Positions 8,298 through 18,108 of a stretch of DNA of 64,000 nucleotides are shown here, in pieces; position 1 is the stretch's first letter; every line of letters begins with the position of its first letter. Source of the stretch: Smithellaceae bacterium (GTDB lineage Bacteria; Desulfobacterota; Syntrophia; Syntrophales; Smithellaceae); assembly GCA_963667845.2 (NCBI GenBank), contig CAXXVL010000002.1:448001-512000 (forward strand), written 5' to 3'. The notes under the pieces are model-generated. The model was not told the DNA's origin. It saw only the letters and a list, made by a program, of their open reading frames with translations, and searched no databases. The position numbers were made by a program, and so were the translations under genes.

Positions 8298-9647
8298 GTG
8301 AACATGAAATCGATTGATAAATTAAAACGCCTGACCGGCGAGGCCGTGGCTCCGGAAACTAAAGATCAGACCGTGACGACCGCCTCATCGCCGGAAAGAA
8401 AGGCCGAGCTCGATGAGCTTAGGCGGCGCATCGACAACGTTGTCACCCGCGCGGCCGCGCGCAGCAAGGCGGCTCAAGATGAAGCGCGAACGCGCGGCAA
8501 TAAAGGGCTTACCGAAATTCTCGAAGGGTGTGAAATTGAAAACGAGCACGGCCGCTTCTTTCTGGTAAGCCGTGTCGTGAAGAGCTCAAGCCCGCACGGA
8601 AACCGCTGCATTCGCGAGGCATTTGATTTTGACATGTCCGCGGCGGCAATGCTGGCCAACAATCCTATCATCAGCGAATACAATTCGTCGGACGCTCTTT
8701 TTCTGGATACGGAAACGACGGGGCTGGCCGGCGGCACCGGCACCATGGCTTTTCTCATCGGCCTGGGCTGGTTTGAAGAAGGTCATTTCCAGGTCCGGCA
8801 GATTTTAGCGCGCGATTTTGGCGAAGAGAAGGCGGCGCTCACCTACCTCAAGGAAATCGCCGCCCGGAAAAGATTTCTGGTCACCTTCAACGGCAAGGCC
8901 TTCGATGTCAACCTGCTCGCCACGCGTTTTATCATGAACCGGATGCAAAGCGACCTGCCCGGACTGCCCCATCTGGATTTGCTGCATCCTTCGCGCCGTA
9001 TCCTGGGGCATCGTCTGGAAAACTGCCGGCTGGTCACACTGGAATCGGATATTCTGGGCGTCACGCGGGAAGGTGATATTCCCGGCTGGGAAATTCCGCA
9101 GCGCTATTTCGACTGGCTGCGCCGGCGCGACCCCCATTTGCTGTCCGACATCTTTGAACACAACCGTCTGGATGTCGTTTCCATGGCGACGCTGACGGCT
9201 CATCTGGTGGACATACTGACCGCACATGCCCTCACGCGGCAAACACACACCGATGACTACCTGGCCGCAGCACGCCTCCATCTGAAACATGCCAACGCCC
9301 AGGGAGCGCAAAAGATCTTAAACATCTTTCAGGAAAAGGCCTGCTCCGAATTTTCTGGGCAATCGAAAAAGAAGTTGGCTCAGCTATACAAGCGAACCGG
9401 GCGAATGGATGAAGCCGCAGACCTCTGGCGGCAAATGGCCGCCTGTGAACCGGTCGAATTCTACGCCATCTCGGAACTTGCCAAATACCTGGAGCATCGC
9501 ATCCGGGACTACGTTCAGGCAAAAGCCGTCATTGAACAATCACTGGCCGGGGGCGACCTGTTTTCCGAAGATGAACGGAATTCGCTGCTGCATCGTTTAA
9601 ACCGGTTAAAAGGCAAACTGAAGTTGCCCCCCTATAGCAGCCATTAA
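8298..9647 (+). CDS. RNase H-like (YprB/MrfB-type) exonuclease with TPR-like C-terminus
   Basis: FLDTETTGL, LVTFNGKAFD, HLDLLH, HNRLDV DEDD-type motifs; directly follows the MrfA-like helicase. Confidence 0.9.
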   Translation: MNMKSIDKLKRLTGEAVAPETKDQTVTTASSPERKAELDELRRRIDNVVTRAAARSKAAQDEARTRGNKGLTEILEGCEIENEHGRFFLVSRVVKSSSPHGNRCIREAFDFDMSAAAMLANNPIISEYNSSDALFLDTETTGLAGGTGTMAFLIGLGWFEEGHFQVRQILARDFGEEKAALTYLKEIAARKRFLVTFNGKAFDVNLLATRFIMNRMQSDLPGLPHLDLLHPSRRILGHRLENCRLVTLESDILGVTREGDIPGWEIPQRYFDWLRRRDPHLLSDIFEHNRLDVVSMATLTAHLVDILTAHALTRQTHTDDYLAAARLHLKHANAQGAQKILNIFQEKACSEFSGQSKKKLAQLYKRTGRMDEAADLWRQMAACEPVEFYAISELAKYLEHRIRDYVQAKAVIEQSLAGGDLFSEDERNSLLHRLNRLKGKLKLPPYSSH

Positions 9648-9788
9648 GCATATCAGTTTTTACCTCCCAATTAACTCTCTATCAACTGTGATTGATTTCT
9701 TTTGAATTGAAGTCATGATTAGAAACAGGTGACAATGCGCCGGGGCTCGGCGTCTCTCGAATATGTTAATCAAAGCAAGGAGGAAATC

Positions 9789-10091
9789 ATGGTTAAGACA
9801 GCATTATTTGTCCGTCTTGAAGCAAAATCCGGGAAAGAAAAAGAGGTGGAAAGCTTTCTTGAAAGCGGCCTTCCTCTCGTCACGGAAGAACCTGCAACGA
9901 CTGCCTGGTTTGGAATCCGCCTGGGGCCGACAACCTTTGGAATCTTTGATGCCTTTCCGGACGACGCCGGCAGGCAGGCACATCTCACAGGCAAAGTGGC
10001 CGCCGCACTCATGGCCAAAGCTGATGAACTGTTTGCCAAACCGCCGGCCATCGAGAAAGCCGATGTTCTCGCCGCGAAGCTGCCCGGATGA
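9789..10091 (+). CDS. Antibiotic biosynthesis monooxygenase (ABM) family protein
   Basis: RBS AAGGAGG then ATG 9789; VRLEAKSGKEKEV...FGIFDAFPDDAGRQAHL. Confidence 0.88.
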   Translation: MVKTALFVRLEAKSGKEKEVESFLESGLPLVTEEPATTAWFGIRLGPTTFGIFDAFPDDAGRQAHLTGKVAAALMAKADELFAKPPAIEKADVLAAKLPG

Positions 10092-10366
10092 ACACATCCG
10101 ACAGGCAAGAGACTTCTGCTCCCGGCGGCACGAACACCCCAATTTTATCGGCTACCTTCCTTTTCATTGAGTAATTATTGGCGTTCTTTCCGGATCCGAG
10201 GGATAACTTCTCGAACAGATCCTGTAACATAAAGCCCCGGCGAGCCCGCCCATCGATGAAAGCAACAGCCCTACATTTAAACCGTACCCACACCCGCCCA
10301 ATTGGTCGATATCGCTCCGACGACCATAAGCCTCCATCCGCCCCCTAAAACATAACAGCAAAAGGC

Positions 10367-10532
10367 TCGAATTCTGCACCGTCTCGGAGCTTGTCAAATC
10401 GCGGTGCATCGCATCCGGGACTGCGTTCGGGCAAAGCCCTCATGGAACAGGCATTAACCGGAGTCGGCACTTTTTCCGGAGCTGAGAAAACTCCCTGCTG
10501 CATCGTTTAAGGCGGCTAAATGCCAAACCGGA
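10367..10532 (+). pseudogene. Degenerate copy of the 3' end of the mrfB-like gene
   Basis: Aligns by eye to 9454-9622; shared blocks GCATCGCATCCGGGACT and CTGCTGCATCGTTTAA; several 1-nt deletions. Confidence 0.85.
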
Positions 10533-10844
10533 AATATCTCCATCGTCTTTCCTGGGTTATCCGGCTGATGATGGCTCCCTGAAGTCGTTAAAATCTCATT
10601 TTCCAATAAATCATAAACACATTTGGTATTCAATTGACTCGCGCCGTAAAAACAACTATCGTAGCGAATGTGTGGTATCCAAGCAGTCGAGTTATGCTTG
10701 TCCGGGCCTGGTTTGAGTGTGAGCGGAATCCATGAAAAGATCTATAGTAAGGAATGAAGAAATTTCGTTTTCCTTTCTCGATTGTCTGAAAATTCCCCTC
10801 AGGTTTATTTAGCGCAATTCAGCGAAAGAAAGAGGTGTACTCAA

Positions 10845-12281
10845 GTGAAAACGATTGTGGAGCAATTAGATCCCATTTTCAAACCCAAGTCGATCGCCGT
10901 TATCGGTGCGTCCAAAGGCCATGCAAAATGGGGATTCAGAATGATCAACCGTCCCTTGCGCACAGGATACCGCGGAGCCATATATCCCGTCAACCGCCTC
11001 GGAGAGGAGATTAACAATCTGCCCACTTACAAAAGTGTTCTGGATATTCCGCAAACCGTTGATCTGGCCGTTATTACGGTGCCTGCCGAGCAGGTTCCGG
11101 GCGTCATGAAGGAGTGCGCGGCAAAAGGTGTTAAAGGAGTTGTTTTGATCACGGCCGGCTTTGCCGAAATCGGGCAGAAAGGAAAAATCCTGGAAGAGAA
11201 GGTGGTCAATGCCGCCCGCAAAGGGGGCATACGTTTTGTCGGGCCCAACTGCATGGGGATATGGAGCAGGGCGGGAATGCTGAGCCTGTCTTTCGATAAA
11301 GCGCCCCTGGCCGGTCCCATTGCCTTTGTCTCCCAGAGCGGGACATTCGGCGTTTCTCTTTCGGAGATTGCCGTCACAAAGGGATACGGACTCAGTAAAT
11401 TCATCAGCATCGGGAATCAGGCGGATCTCGATGCGGCGGATTACCTGGAATATCTGGCCGCCGATGAGGAGACGAAGGTCCTGGTGTTCTACATTGAAGG
11501 GTTCAAAGACGGAAAGCGGTTCATGGATCTGGCCCGGGACGTGGTGAAGCGCAAACCTATCGTGATCTATAAAGCCGGCCGCACTTCCGCCGGAAGCAGG
11601 GCCACACAGTCGCATACGGCCTCCCTGGCCGGCTCCGATGAGATTTTTGACGCGGTCTGCCGGCAGGCGGGCTTGATCCGGGTGCAGGAAACTCTTCATG
11701 CCTTCGATGTGGCGGAGGTCCTGGCCAGTTCGCCTCTTCCTCCGGGAAGGCGGGTTGCCATTCTGGGAAGCGGGGGACAGGGTGTGGTCACAGCCGATGC
11801 CTGCGCCTCTCTGGGGCTGGAAGTGCCCCAACTGGACGGCGACACCGTCCGCGGTCTGATGGCAGGACTGCCTCCGCACGCACCCAGACCGAGCAATCCC
11901 GTGGATTTTGCGGGAAGCTCCCGCACCGGCATGGAAGAAGCGGCTGTTGTGGAGAAGCTGCTGAGCCGCGACTATATTGACGGCGTGATTTCCAATGTTC
12001 CCATCAATCCCGCGGCCTGGAGCGACATGTTCGGTTTTTCCGGACTGCCGAAACCCCTGCTCGATCTAACCAAAAAGGCTATTGAGGGAGCGGATTATTT
12101 TTCATCTTTGCCCGCAAAATACGGCAAGCCCATCATCACGACACGGTTTCGACGGGTTGCCCATGACATGGTTATCGACATTTTGAAGGGGGCGGGAATC
12201 CCTGTTTGCGATACCCCGGAAGAAGCCGCCCGGGCGATGCATGCGTTGGTTCAGTACGCAGAAATAAGGAAGAAAGCATAA
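10845..12281 (+). CDS. Acyl-CoA ligase (ADP/NDP-forming) alpha-subunit-like CoA-binding protein
   Basis: PKSIAVIGAS, ITAGFAE, GPNCMG, SQSG, SHTASLAG (phospho-His), NPVD. GTG start after AGAGG. Confidence 0.9.
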   Translation: MKTIVEQLDPIFKPKSIAVIGASKGHAKWGFRMINRPLRTGYRGAIYPVNRLGEEINNLPTYKSVLDIPQTVDLAVITVPAEQVPGVMKECAAKGVKGVVLITAGFAEIGQKGKILEEKVVNAARKGGIRFVGPNCMGIWSRAGMLSLSFDKAPLAGPIAFVSQSGTFGVSLSEIAVTKGYGLSKFISIGNQADLDAADYLEYLAADEETKVLVFYIEGFKDGKRFMDLARDVVKRKPIVIYKAGRTSAGSRATQSHTASLAGSDEIFDAVCRQAGLIRVQETLHAFDVAEVLASSPLPPGRRVAILGSGGQGVVTADACASLGLEVPQLDGDTVRGLMAGLPPHAPRPSNPVDFAGSSRTGMEEAAVVEKLLSRDYIDGVISNVPINPAAWSDMFGFSGLPKPLLDLTKKAIEGADYFSSLPAKYGKPIITTRFRRVAHDMVIDILKGAGIPVCDTPEEAARAMHALVQYAEIRKKA

Positions 12282-12421
12282 TTGCAGTATCCGGGGTTTC
12301 ACAAAGTCACTGGCCCGGGAAATCGCCCGCCTGCTGTGGCGGCGGTCTGAGCGTTGTGATGATCGTTGAGGACCTGCAAAGAAGAATAAATAAATAAAAT
12401 TAAAGATGGAGGATAATAAAC

Positions 12422-12832
12422 ATGAAGCTTAAAACAGTAGATCACATCAGTTACGCCGTGACGGACATCGACAAAGTTATTGAGTCCTGGACAAAGTTGT
12501 TCGGCATCGGCCCCTGGACATTCAGGGAGAATGGCGGGACCGACACAAAGGGTCGTCCCTGGAAAATAAGGATGGCCTTTGCCTATATGGGTCCTATGGA
12601 AATCGAGCTTGTCCAGTGCACGGAAGGAAAAATATTTCAATCCAAGTTTATCGACAAGTGGGGAGAAGGCGTCCATCATCTCGGGTTTTTTGTCGATGAT
12701 GTCGATGCGGAGGTGGCTAAACTCACAAAAGAGGGCGCCAACCTGTTGATTCATGATCCGGGGAAATTCGCCTACGTGGATGCGGGCGGACCGGGCGGTG
12801 CCATCTTTGAGCTGATGCAAAAAAGACGTTGA
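12422..12832 (+). CDS. VOC (glyoxalase/methylmalonyl-CoA epimerase-like) protein
   Basis: DHISYAV, EIELVQ, GEGVHHLGF, FELMQ metal-binding pattern; RBS GGAGG. Confidence 0.88.
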   Translation: MKLKTVDHISYAVTDIDKVIESWTKLFGIGPWTFRENGGTDTKGRPWKIRMAFAYMGPMEIELVQCTEGKIFQSKFIDKWGEGVHHLGFFVDDVDAEVAKLTKEGANLLIHDPGKFAYVDAGGPGGAIFELMQKRR

Positions 12833-12942
12833 TCGGGTCCGGCTGCTGACCGTCGATTGATATTTTACCGGTTTCGCGGTGAGTGAAATATGCAGATCCG
12901 CTCATGCGGCCCGTGTCTTGGGGCTTCTCCGGAATATTGCCG

Positions 12943-14328
12943 TTAGCGCCCCCCGGTTTCATACTTCTCGAGCTTCTTGCGCAGGGTCTTGCGGGTAATG
13001 CCCAAACGCCGCGCGGCTTCGCTTTTGTTGCCGCCGGCCGCGGCGAGTGCCTCCAGAATGCTCCTTTTCCCGACTTCTTCGAGCGACAGGTTCTGCGACC
13101 CGCCTGCCGCCGGACGTGCGCTTTCCGGCGGAGCCTCACTCACCGGACATTGATCCGCCATCGGAAATACCAGTTCATCCGCGTCCACCGTATCGGCCCG
13201 GGACAGGACCACTGCGCGCTCCACGGCATTCATCAACTCGCGGACATTTCCGGGCCAGGTGTACTGCACAAGCTTTTGCATCGCCTGTGCGGTGAATCCT
13301 TTGATGGATTTGGCATTCTTTTCGGCAAAGGCTCTGAGGAAGTGCTGCGCCATGAGCGGAATATCCTCGGACCTTTCGCGAAGCGGCGGCACGGTGAGCG
13401 CCACGACATTAAGCCTGTAGAACAGATCTTCGCGAAACCGGCCCTGCTGAATTTCCTTTTTCAGATCCTTATTAGAAGCGGCAATCACGCGGACATCGAC
13501 TTTCATGACTTCCGAACCGCCCACGCGCGTCAGTTCCCGTTCCTGTATAACCCGCAGGAGTTTGACCTGCATGGCGGGCGACATTTCGCTCACTTCATCG
13601 AGGAAAATGCTGCCTCCGTCGGCCTGGACAAACTTCCCTTCCCTTCTGCGGTCCGCCCCCGTGAAGGCGCCTTTTTCATGGCCGAACAATTCCGATTCCA
13701 GAAGCGTTTCGGTCAGCGCCGCGCAATTGATTTTGATGAAGGGCGCCTGCCGGCGGTTGCTGTTTAAGTGAATGGCGTTGGCAATGACTTCCTTGCCGGT
13801 GCCCGATTCTCCCGTGATCAGAATCGTGGCCTGGGTCGGAGCCACCTGTTCCACGATCTCGAGCAGTTTGACCATCAATGCGCTCTGGCCGATAATATTC
13901 TGCCGCTCGAATTTTTCACCGAGCCGTTCCTTGAGATATTCATTTTCTTTTTTCAACAGGCTGTGTTCGGTCGCACGTTTGATGACAATCTGCAGCTCAT
14001 CGAAATCCAGCGGTTTGGTCAGATAATCGTAGGCGCCTTTTTTCAGTGCGCTGACAGCCGTTTCCACAGACGCGTATGCGGTCATGATGATCACCGGAAT
14101 GGCCGGCGCGATCTTCTTGATCTGGGTGAGCGCTTCGATGCCGGAAACCTTCATCATGCGGATATCCATCAGGATCAAATCAAACGCCCGCTTCCGGACT
14201 TCTTCAATCGCGGTCGCGCCGTCATCCGCCTCGGATACATTGTAGCCCCAGCCGCTGATCACTTTTTTCAGCATGACCCTATGGGCAAGATCATCATCCA
14301 CAATTATAATATCGAGCTTTTGTTTCAC
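12943..14328 (-). CDS. Sigma54-dependent response regulator (ZraR/NtrC-like)
   Basis: REC domain, GESGTGKE, GAFTGA, FLDEV, Fis-type HTH. Confidence 0.95.
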   Translation of the reverse strand: MKQKLDIIIVDDDLAHRVMLKKVISGWGYNVSEADDGATAIEEVRKRAFDLILMDIRMMKVSGIEALTQIKKIAPAIPVIIMTAYASVETAVSALKKGAYDYLTKPLDFDELQIVIKRATEHSLLKKENEYLKERLGEKFERQNIIGQSALMVKLLEIVEQVAPTQATILITGESGTGKEVIANAIHLNSNRRQAPFIKINCAALTETLLESELFGHEKGAFTGADRRREGKFVQADGGSIFLDEVSEMSPAMQVKLLRVIQERELTRVGGSEVMKVDVRVIAASNKDLKKEIQQGRFREDLFYRLNVVALTVPPLRERSEDIPLMAQHFLRAFAEKNAKSIKGFTAQAMQKLVQYTWPGNVRELMNAVERAVVLSRADTVDADELVFPMADQCPVSEAPPESARPAAGGSQNLSLEEVGKRSILEALAAAGGNKSEAARRLGITRKTLRKKLEKYETGGR

Positions 14329-16025
14329 GTCACGTTCCTTTCATCATCGGTCAATCCGAATTGCAATGTTACCGTCGTGCCTTTTTGAGCTAGGCTTTCC
14401 ACCCGGACGGACCCGCCGTGCGCCTCCATGATTTTCTGCACGATGGCCAGCCCCAGACCTGTTCCCGCCGGCTTGGACGTAAAATACGGATCGTAGATCC
14501 GCGGCAGGTTCTCTTCGGAGATGCCCTCCCCCGTGTCGGATACCGTTACGGCCAGACATCTATTCTGCAAGGCAAGATCGACGGACAAGCGGCCGCCCGC
14601 GGGCATGGCCGCCAGGGCATTGAGGAAAATATTAAGAAGAACCTGTTTGATTTTGTCGGGATCGACAGGCGCCTGCGGCAAATCCTCTTTCGTGTTCACA
14701 TCCACCTCGACAGATTTGTCTTTTGCCTCGGCGGCAATCAGCCGGAGGGTTTGCCGCACCAGATCTGCCACGTCCGTCGGTCCTTTTCTCAATTCCAGCG
14801 GACGCGCAAATTCAATGAGCTGGCTGATGACCCGGTTGAGCCTTTCCGTCTCGGCAATCATAATATCCGCCGTTTCCTGGTCGTCGGGATTACCGGCCAG
14901 CCTTTGCTTGAAGTAAACCGCGAACCCCTTGATGGAGCTGAGCGGATTTCTTATTTCGTGTGCGACACCGGCCGCCAGTGATCCGATGGCGTTCAGATGG
15001 CGGCTGCGAGCGACTTCCCGCTCCATCTGCCGGATGGACGTCACGTCCCGGGCCAGCAGGATTTTCCCTTCATGAACGTCATCCTCGGCAAAGGCGGTTG
15101 CTACAACTTCCCACATCCGGACGCCGCCCTCATCCGAGGTAACGGCAATATCCTTTTCCGCGAGGCCGGTTTGTTTATCAATTCTGTTAAGCAGCGTTGA
15201 AAAATCCTCAGGCAGCAAACGGCCGGCCTCCCGGCCGATCGCCTCGGTACAGGACAAGGCGAAAAGTCCACCCGCCTGCTCGTTGCAGGCAATAATTTTG
15301 CCGCTCTTATCCACCGCCAGAAGCGCGATGGGCATGTTTTTCACGAGCGCGTCCGAGAAAACAGTCATGCGCGAAAGAGAAGCCCGCGTCAGGCGATACG
15401 CCTGCGCCAGAAAAAGCGATACAATGGCCAGCGATCCGATCAGCACGAAGACCAGCGCCAGGATCAGCATGCGCAATGTATTTTGCCGCGATGCTTTTTC
15501 AATTTTCTCCATATTGAAGCCGACAAAGACAACTAAAGAATGGTGATCTCCCTTCGACCCGTCAACGCGCTCGGGGAAGAACCCGCGGTAAACTTCAAAT
15601 GTACCGGCGCCCTCGGGATTGGCCGTCTGCCGCCAGCGAATATTCCTGCTATCCGCAATCTTTTTTATGTCGAGGTCCAATCCATAAAATCTCCCCAGCA
15701 TGGAAGGATCGCTGTCGGCGACGATTCCCCCTTTACCGTCGGTTACGATCATATAGTCAATATCCGGCTGTTGCGCCGTTTCCATGAGCAGCTTCTGCAG
15801 ATAGAATACATCCCGGGCACCATCTACCCGGCCGCGCATCCCCGCTTCAAAAGACTGAATCAGCGTCGTACCTTTTTCGACAAAGATTGTTTGGGCCTGA
15901 TTATTTCTTTGCTCGAACTGCATGAAGATCATCATGCCCAGAATAACGGCTAAAACGGTGATCGCGCTTATGGCAACCCAGACGGAAATATCAAACCGGA
16001 TTCTTTTCTTCTTTTTTTTCTCCAT
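14325..16025 (-). CDS. Membrane sensor histidine kinase (ZraS-like)
   Basis: Two TM helices, PAS domain, AHEIRNPLSSIKG, DTGEGI, GTGLGL; overlaps the regulator by 4 nt. Start could be 16064. Confidence 0.92.
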   Translation of the reverse strand: MEKKKKKRIRFDISVWVAISAITVLAVILGMMIFMQFEQRNNQAQTIFVEKGTTLIQSFEAGMRGRVDGARDVFYLQKLLMETAQQPDIDYMIVTDGKGGIVADSDPSMLGRFYGLDLDIKKIADSRNIRWRQTANPEGAGTFEVYRGFFPERVDGSKGDHHSLVVFVGFNMEKIEKASRQNTLRMLILALVFVLIGSLAIVSLFLAQAYRLTRASLSRMTVFSDALVKNMPIALLAVDKSGKIIACNEQAGGLFALSCTEAIGREAGRLLPEDFSTLLNRIDKQTGLAEKDIAVTSDEGGVRMWEVVATAFAEDDVHEGKILLARDVTSIRQMEREVARSRHLNAIGSLAAGVAHEIRNPLSSIKGFAVYFKQRLAGNPDDQETADIMIAETERLNRVISQLIEFARPLELRKGPTDVADLVRQTLRLIAAEAKDKSVEVDVNTKEDLPQAPVDPDKIKQVLLNIFLNALAAMPAGGRLSVDLALQNRCLAVTVSDTGEGISEENLPRIYDPYFTSKPAGTGLGLAIVQKIMEAHGGSVRVESLAQKGTTVTLQFGLTDDERNVT

Positions 16026-16171
16026 GCTTTTAGTTCCTGCCTTGCCTGGATACAATTGGTCCATTTGGTTACTTAAGCTGGGTACCTATTATCCATCCAA
16101 TGCCCGGCAAAGGCAAATAGAATTTACCACGATTGTCGCCTTATCATGTTATTACAACATCTTACGATCAA

Positions 16172-16187
16172 TGGCACAACCCTTGCT
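16172..16187 (+). promoter_or_regulatory. Sigma54 (-24/-12) promoter for the zraP-like gene
   Basis: TGGCAC-AACCC-TTGCT matches the consensus exactly, next to a sigma54 activator gene. Confidence 0.88.
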
Positions 16188-16237
16188 CATCTTATCGGTA
16201 ACTGATCAGCATAAACTATACAAGAAGGAGACGTACC

Positions 16238-16738
16238 ATGAAAAAAATTACTTTAACTCTAACAGCTGTTGCATTGGGCTTGCTTTTGGCATCGCAGGCA
16301 TTTGCCTGGGGACCCGGACCGGGCCGGGGACATGGCTATTGCCGGGAAGCAGGTCTGGAAAGACTTAACCTGACAGACGATCAAAAAGCAAAAATCGAAG
16401 CGCTGCAAACCGCCAATTGGAAAGCGATCAAGCCGCTTCGGGAAAAGATGTTCGACAAGACGGTTGAATTGCGCAGACTCTGGCTTCAAGCAAATCCCGA
16501 TAAGGATAAAATCACGGCGGCGCAAAAAGAACTGAGAACACTTCGCGATGAAATGCAGGATAAAAACACGGCGATACGACTGGAGGTCCGCAAAGTGCTC
16601 ACACCTGAACAGAACGAGAAGCTGGCTGATATGGGCTGGGGCAGAGGCCCCGGTTTTGGCCCCCGCGGCGGAATGAGAGGCCACGGTGAATTCGGCCCCG
16701 GCAATGGACCCGGTTTAGGAATGGGTATGTGCCAATAG
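16238..16738 (+). CDS. Periplasmic Spy/CpxP/ZraP-family protein
   Basis: Signal peptide (AFA), LNLTDDQ and VLTPEQ LTxxQ motifs, Gly-rich tail. Confidence 0.9.
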   Translation: MKKITLTLTAVALGLLLASQAFAWGPGPGRGHGYCREAGLERLNLTDDQKAKIEALQTANWKAIKPLREKMFDKTVELRRLWLQANPDKDKITAAQKELRTLRDEMQDKNTAIRLEVRKVLTPEQNEKLADMGWGRGPGFGPRGGMRGHGEFGPGNGPGLGMGMCQ

Positions 16739-16762
16739 TTACAAGTCCCATCCCTCCTTGGA

Positions 16763-16791
16763 AAGGGGAGCATCTGCTCCCCTTTTTTTTT
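16763..16791 (+). terminator. Intrinsic terminator
   Basis: AAGGGGAGC-ATCT-GCTCCCCTT followed by a T-run. Confidence 0.85.
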
Positions 16792-16857
16792 ACTAAGCAA
16801 AGATATTGAACGATCTGTGAGGTTAATAGACTTATGTTAGTCGGCGGAGAAAAATGA

Positions 16858-18108
16858 ATGAACTTACACTACGTGGTGAAGGAACTATATCATCAGAGAC
16901 GAAGAACAATTATTTCTGTTGCCGGCCTCTCCATCGGTATCGCGCTTTTCATTATCCTCAATGCTCTTTCGCTGGCTTACCGAGAAGCCGCCCGTGCGCC
17001 CCTGAAAGAAATCGGTGCGGATATCACGGTGCAACGGCCGGGTAATGTTCCGCAGGAACTGGCCGGTGCTGTGTTTCCCTGTTCGGCTGTGACGATCCAC
17101 CAGGAAGAAATAGCCGAAATCGAAAAGATTCCCGGAATCATGGGAATGGGTAAGGCTGTTTTGGTCTGGGTATTCGATCCTCAACGGGCGTGGATCGTTC
17201 TCGGAATTGAGAAAGATAATCCCGTTGGTCCATCTATCCTTCGCGCCTTTATCACCGAGGGACGTTTTCTGGGAGAGGGAAAGTCCGAAGCTTTGATCGA
17301 GACCGGCTATGCCGAGCAGTTCGGCATCCAATTAGGCGATAATGTTTCCGTGGCCGGAAGATCGTTTTCGATCGTCGGCAAAGTGGATGCTTCTCTTGCC
17401 CCGAAAATTGCGGTGGCCAATGTTTATTTGCACCTGCACGATGCACAGGCCATGGCCATGTCATCCAAACCTTTGCAGTCCGTTTCACCATTTGCCGCAG
17501 GCGATGTGAATCTGCTTTTTATCAAGGCAGATCAACAGCGGGCCGCTCCCATCACTGCAACCCTGAGAAAAATTGTGGGTCCAAAAGCCGTCATCGCCAC
17601 ACCGGAATCATTTCTGAAACTTCTCGGGAATCTGTTTGCGCTATCCGATAAATTTACCTGGACCGCGTCCATAATCGCCATGCTGATCGCTATTCTGATT
17701 GCCTTTAAAACAATGGCCGGCAATGTTTCAGAGCGGGCAAGAGAAATCGGCGTGATGAAGGCTGTCGGCTGGACTGAGCGAAACGTAACCATGCAACTCT
17801 TAATGGAATCCGTGCTCCAGTGTTTTGTCGCAGGAATAGTGGGAATCCTTATTGCCATCATTGTTTCTTTCTTCCTGAGCTTTATGACCGTGAATATCCC
17901 CATCCCCTGGGAAATGAGCCCCACTCCGCATTTTCTGCCCGGCGGAGGAGAACAACTTTACAAAACCCTGCGGCTGCCGATTCATGTTCCCCCGACACTT
18001 GCCGCATTTGCCCTTGCGCTTTCCCTCTTCGTTGGCGGAATGACCGGGGCGCTGTTGGGTCGCCGTATTTCCAAAATCAAACCTTCGGAGGTTTTAAGAC
18101 ATGAGTAA
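16858..18108 (+). CDS. ABC transporter permease (MacB/FtsX family)
   Basis: N-terminal TM, periplasmic domain, ERAREIGVMKAVGW motif. Confidence 0.9.
   Translation: MNLHYVVKELYHQRRRTIISVAGLSIGIALFIILNALSLAYREAARAPLKEIGADITVQRPGNVPQELAGAVFPCSAVTIHQEEIAEIEKIPGIMGMGKAVLVWVFDPQRAWIVLGIEKDNPVGPSILRAFITEGRFLGEGKSEALIETGYAEQFGIQLGDNVSVAGRSFSIVGKVDASLAPKIAVANVYLHLHDAQAMAMSSKPLQSVSPFAAGDVNLLFIKADQQRAAPITATLRKIVGPKAVIATPESFLKLLGNLFALSDKFTWTASIIAMLIAILIAFKTMAGNVSERAREIGVMKAVGWTERNVTMQLLMESVLQCFVAGIVGILIAIIVSFFLSFMTVNIPIPWEMSPTPHFLPGGGEQLYKTLRLPIHVPPTLAAFALALSLFVGGMTGALLGRRISKIKPSEVLRHE

Noticed and set aside
9454..10532. Diversity-generating retroelement (VR/TR pair)
   Set aside because: The copies differ by indels and many non-adenine changes, the adenines are mostly in the gene copy rather than the putative template, and no reverse transcriptase is present.
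10530..10585. Fluoride riboswitch (GCTGATGA motif)
   Set aside because: The 5' GGCGATGG-type stem is missing and there is no fluoride-related gene downstream.
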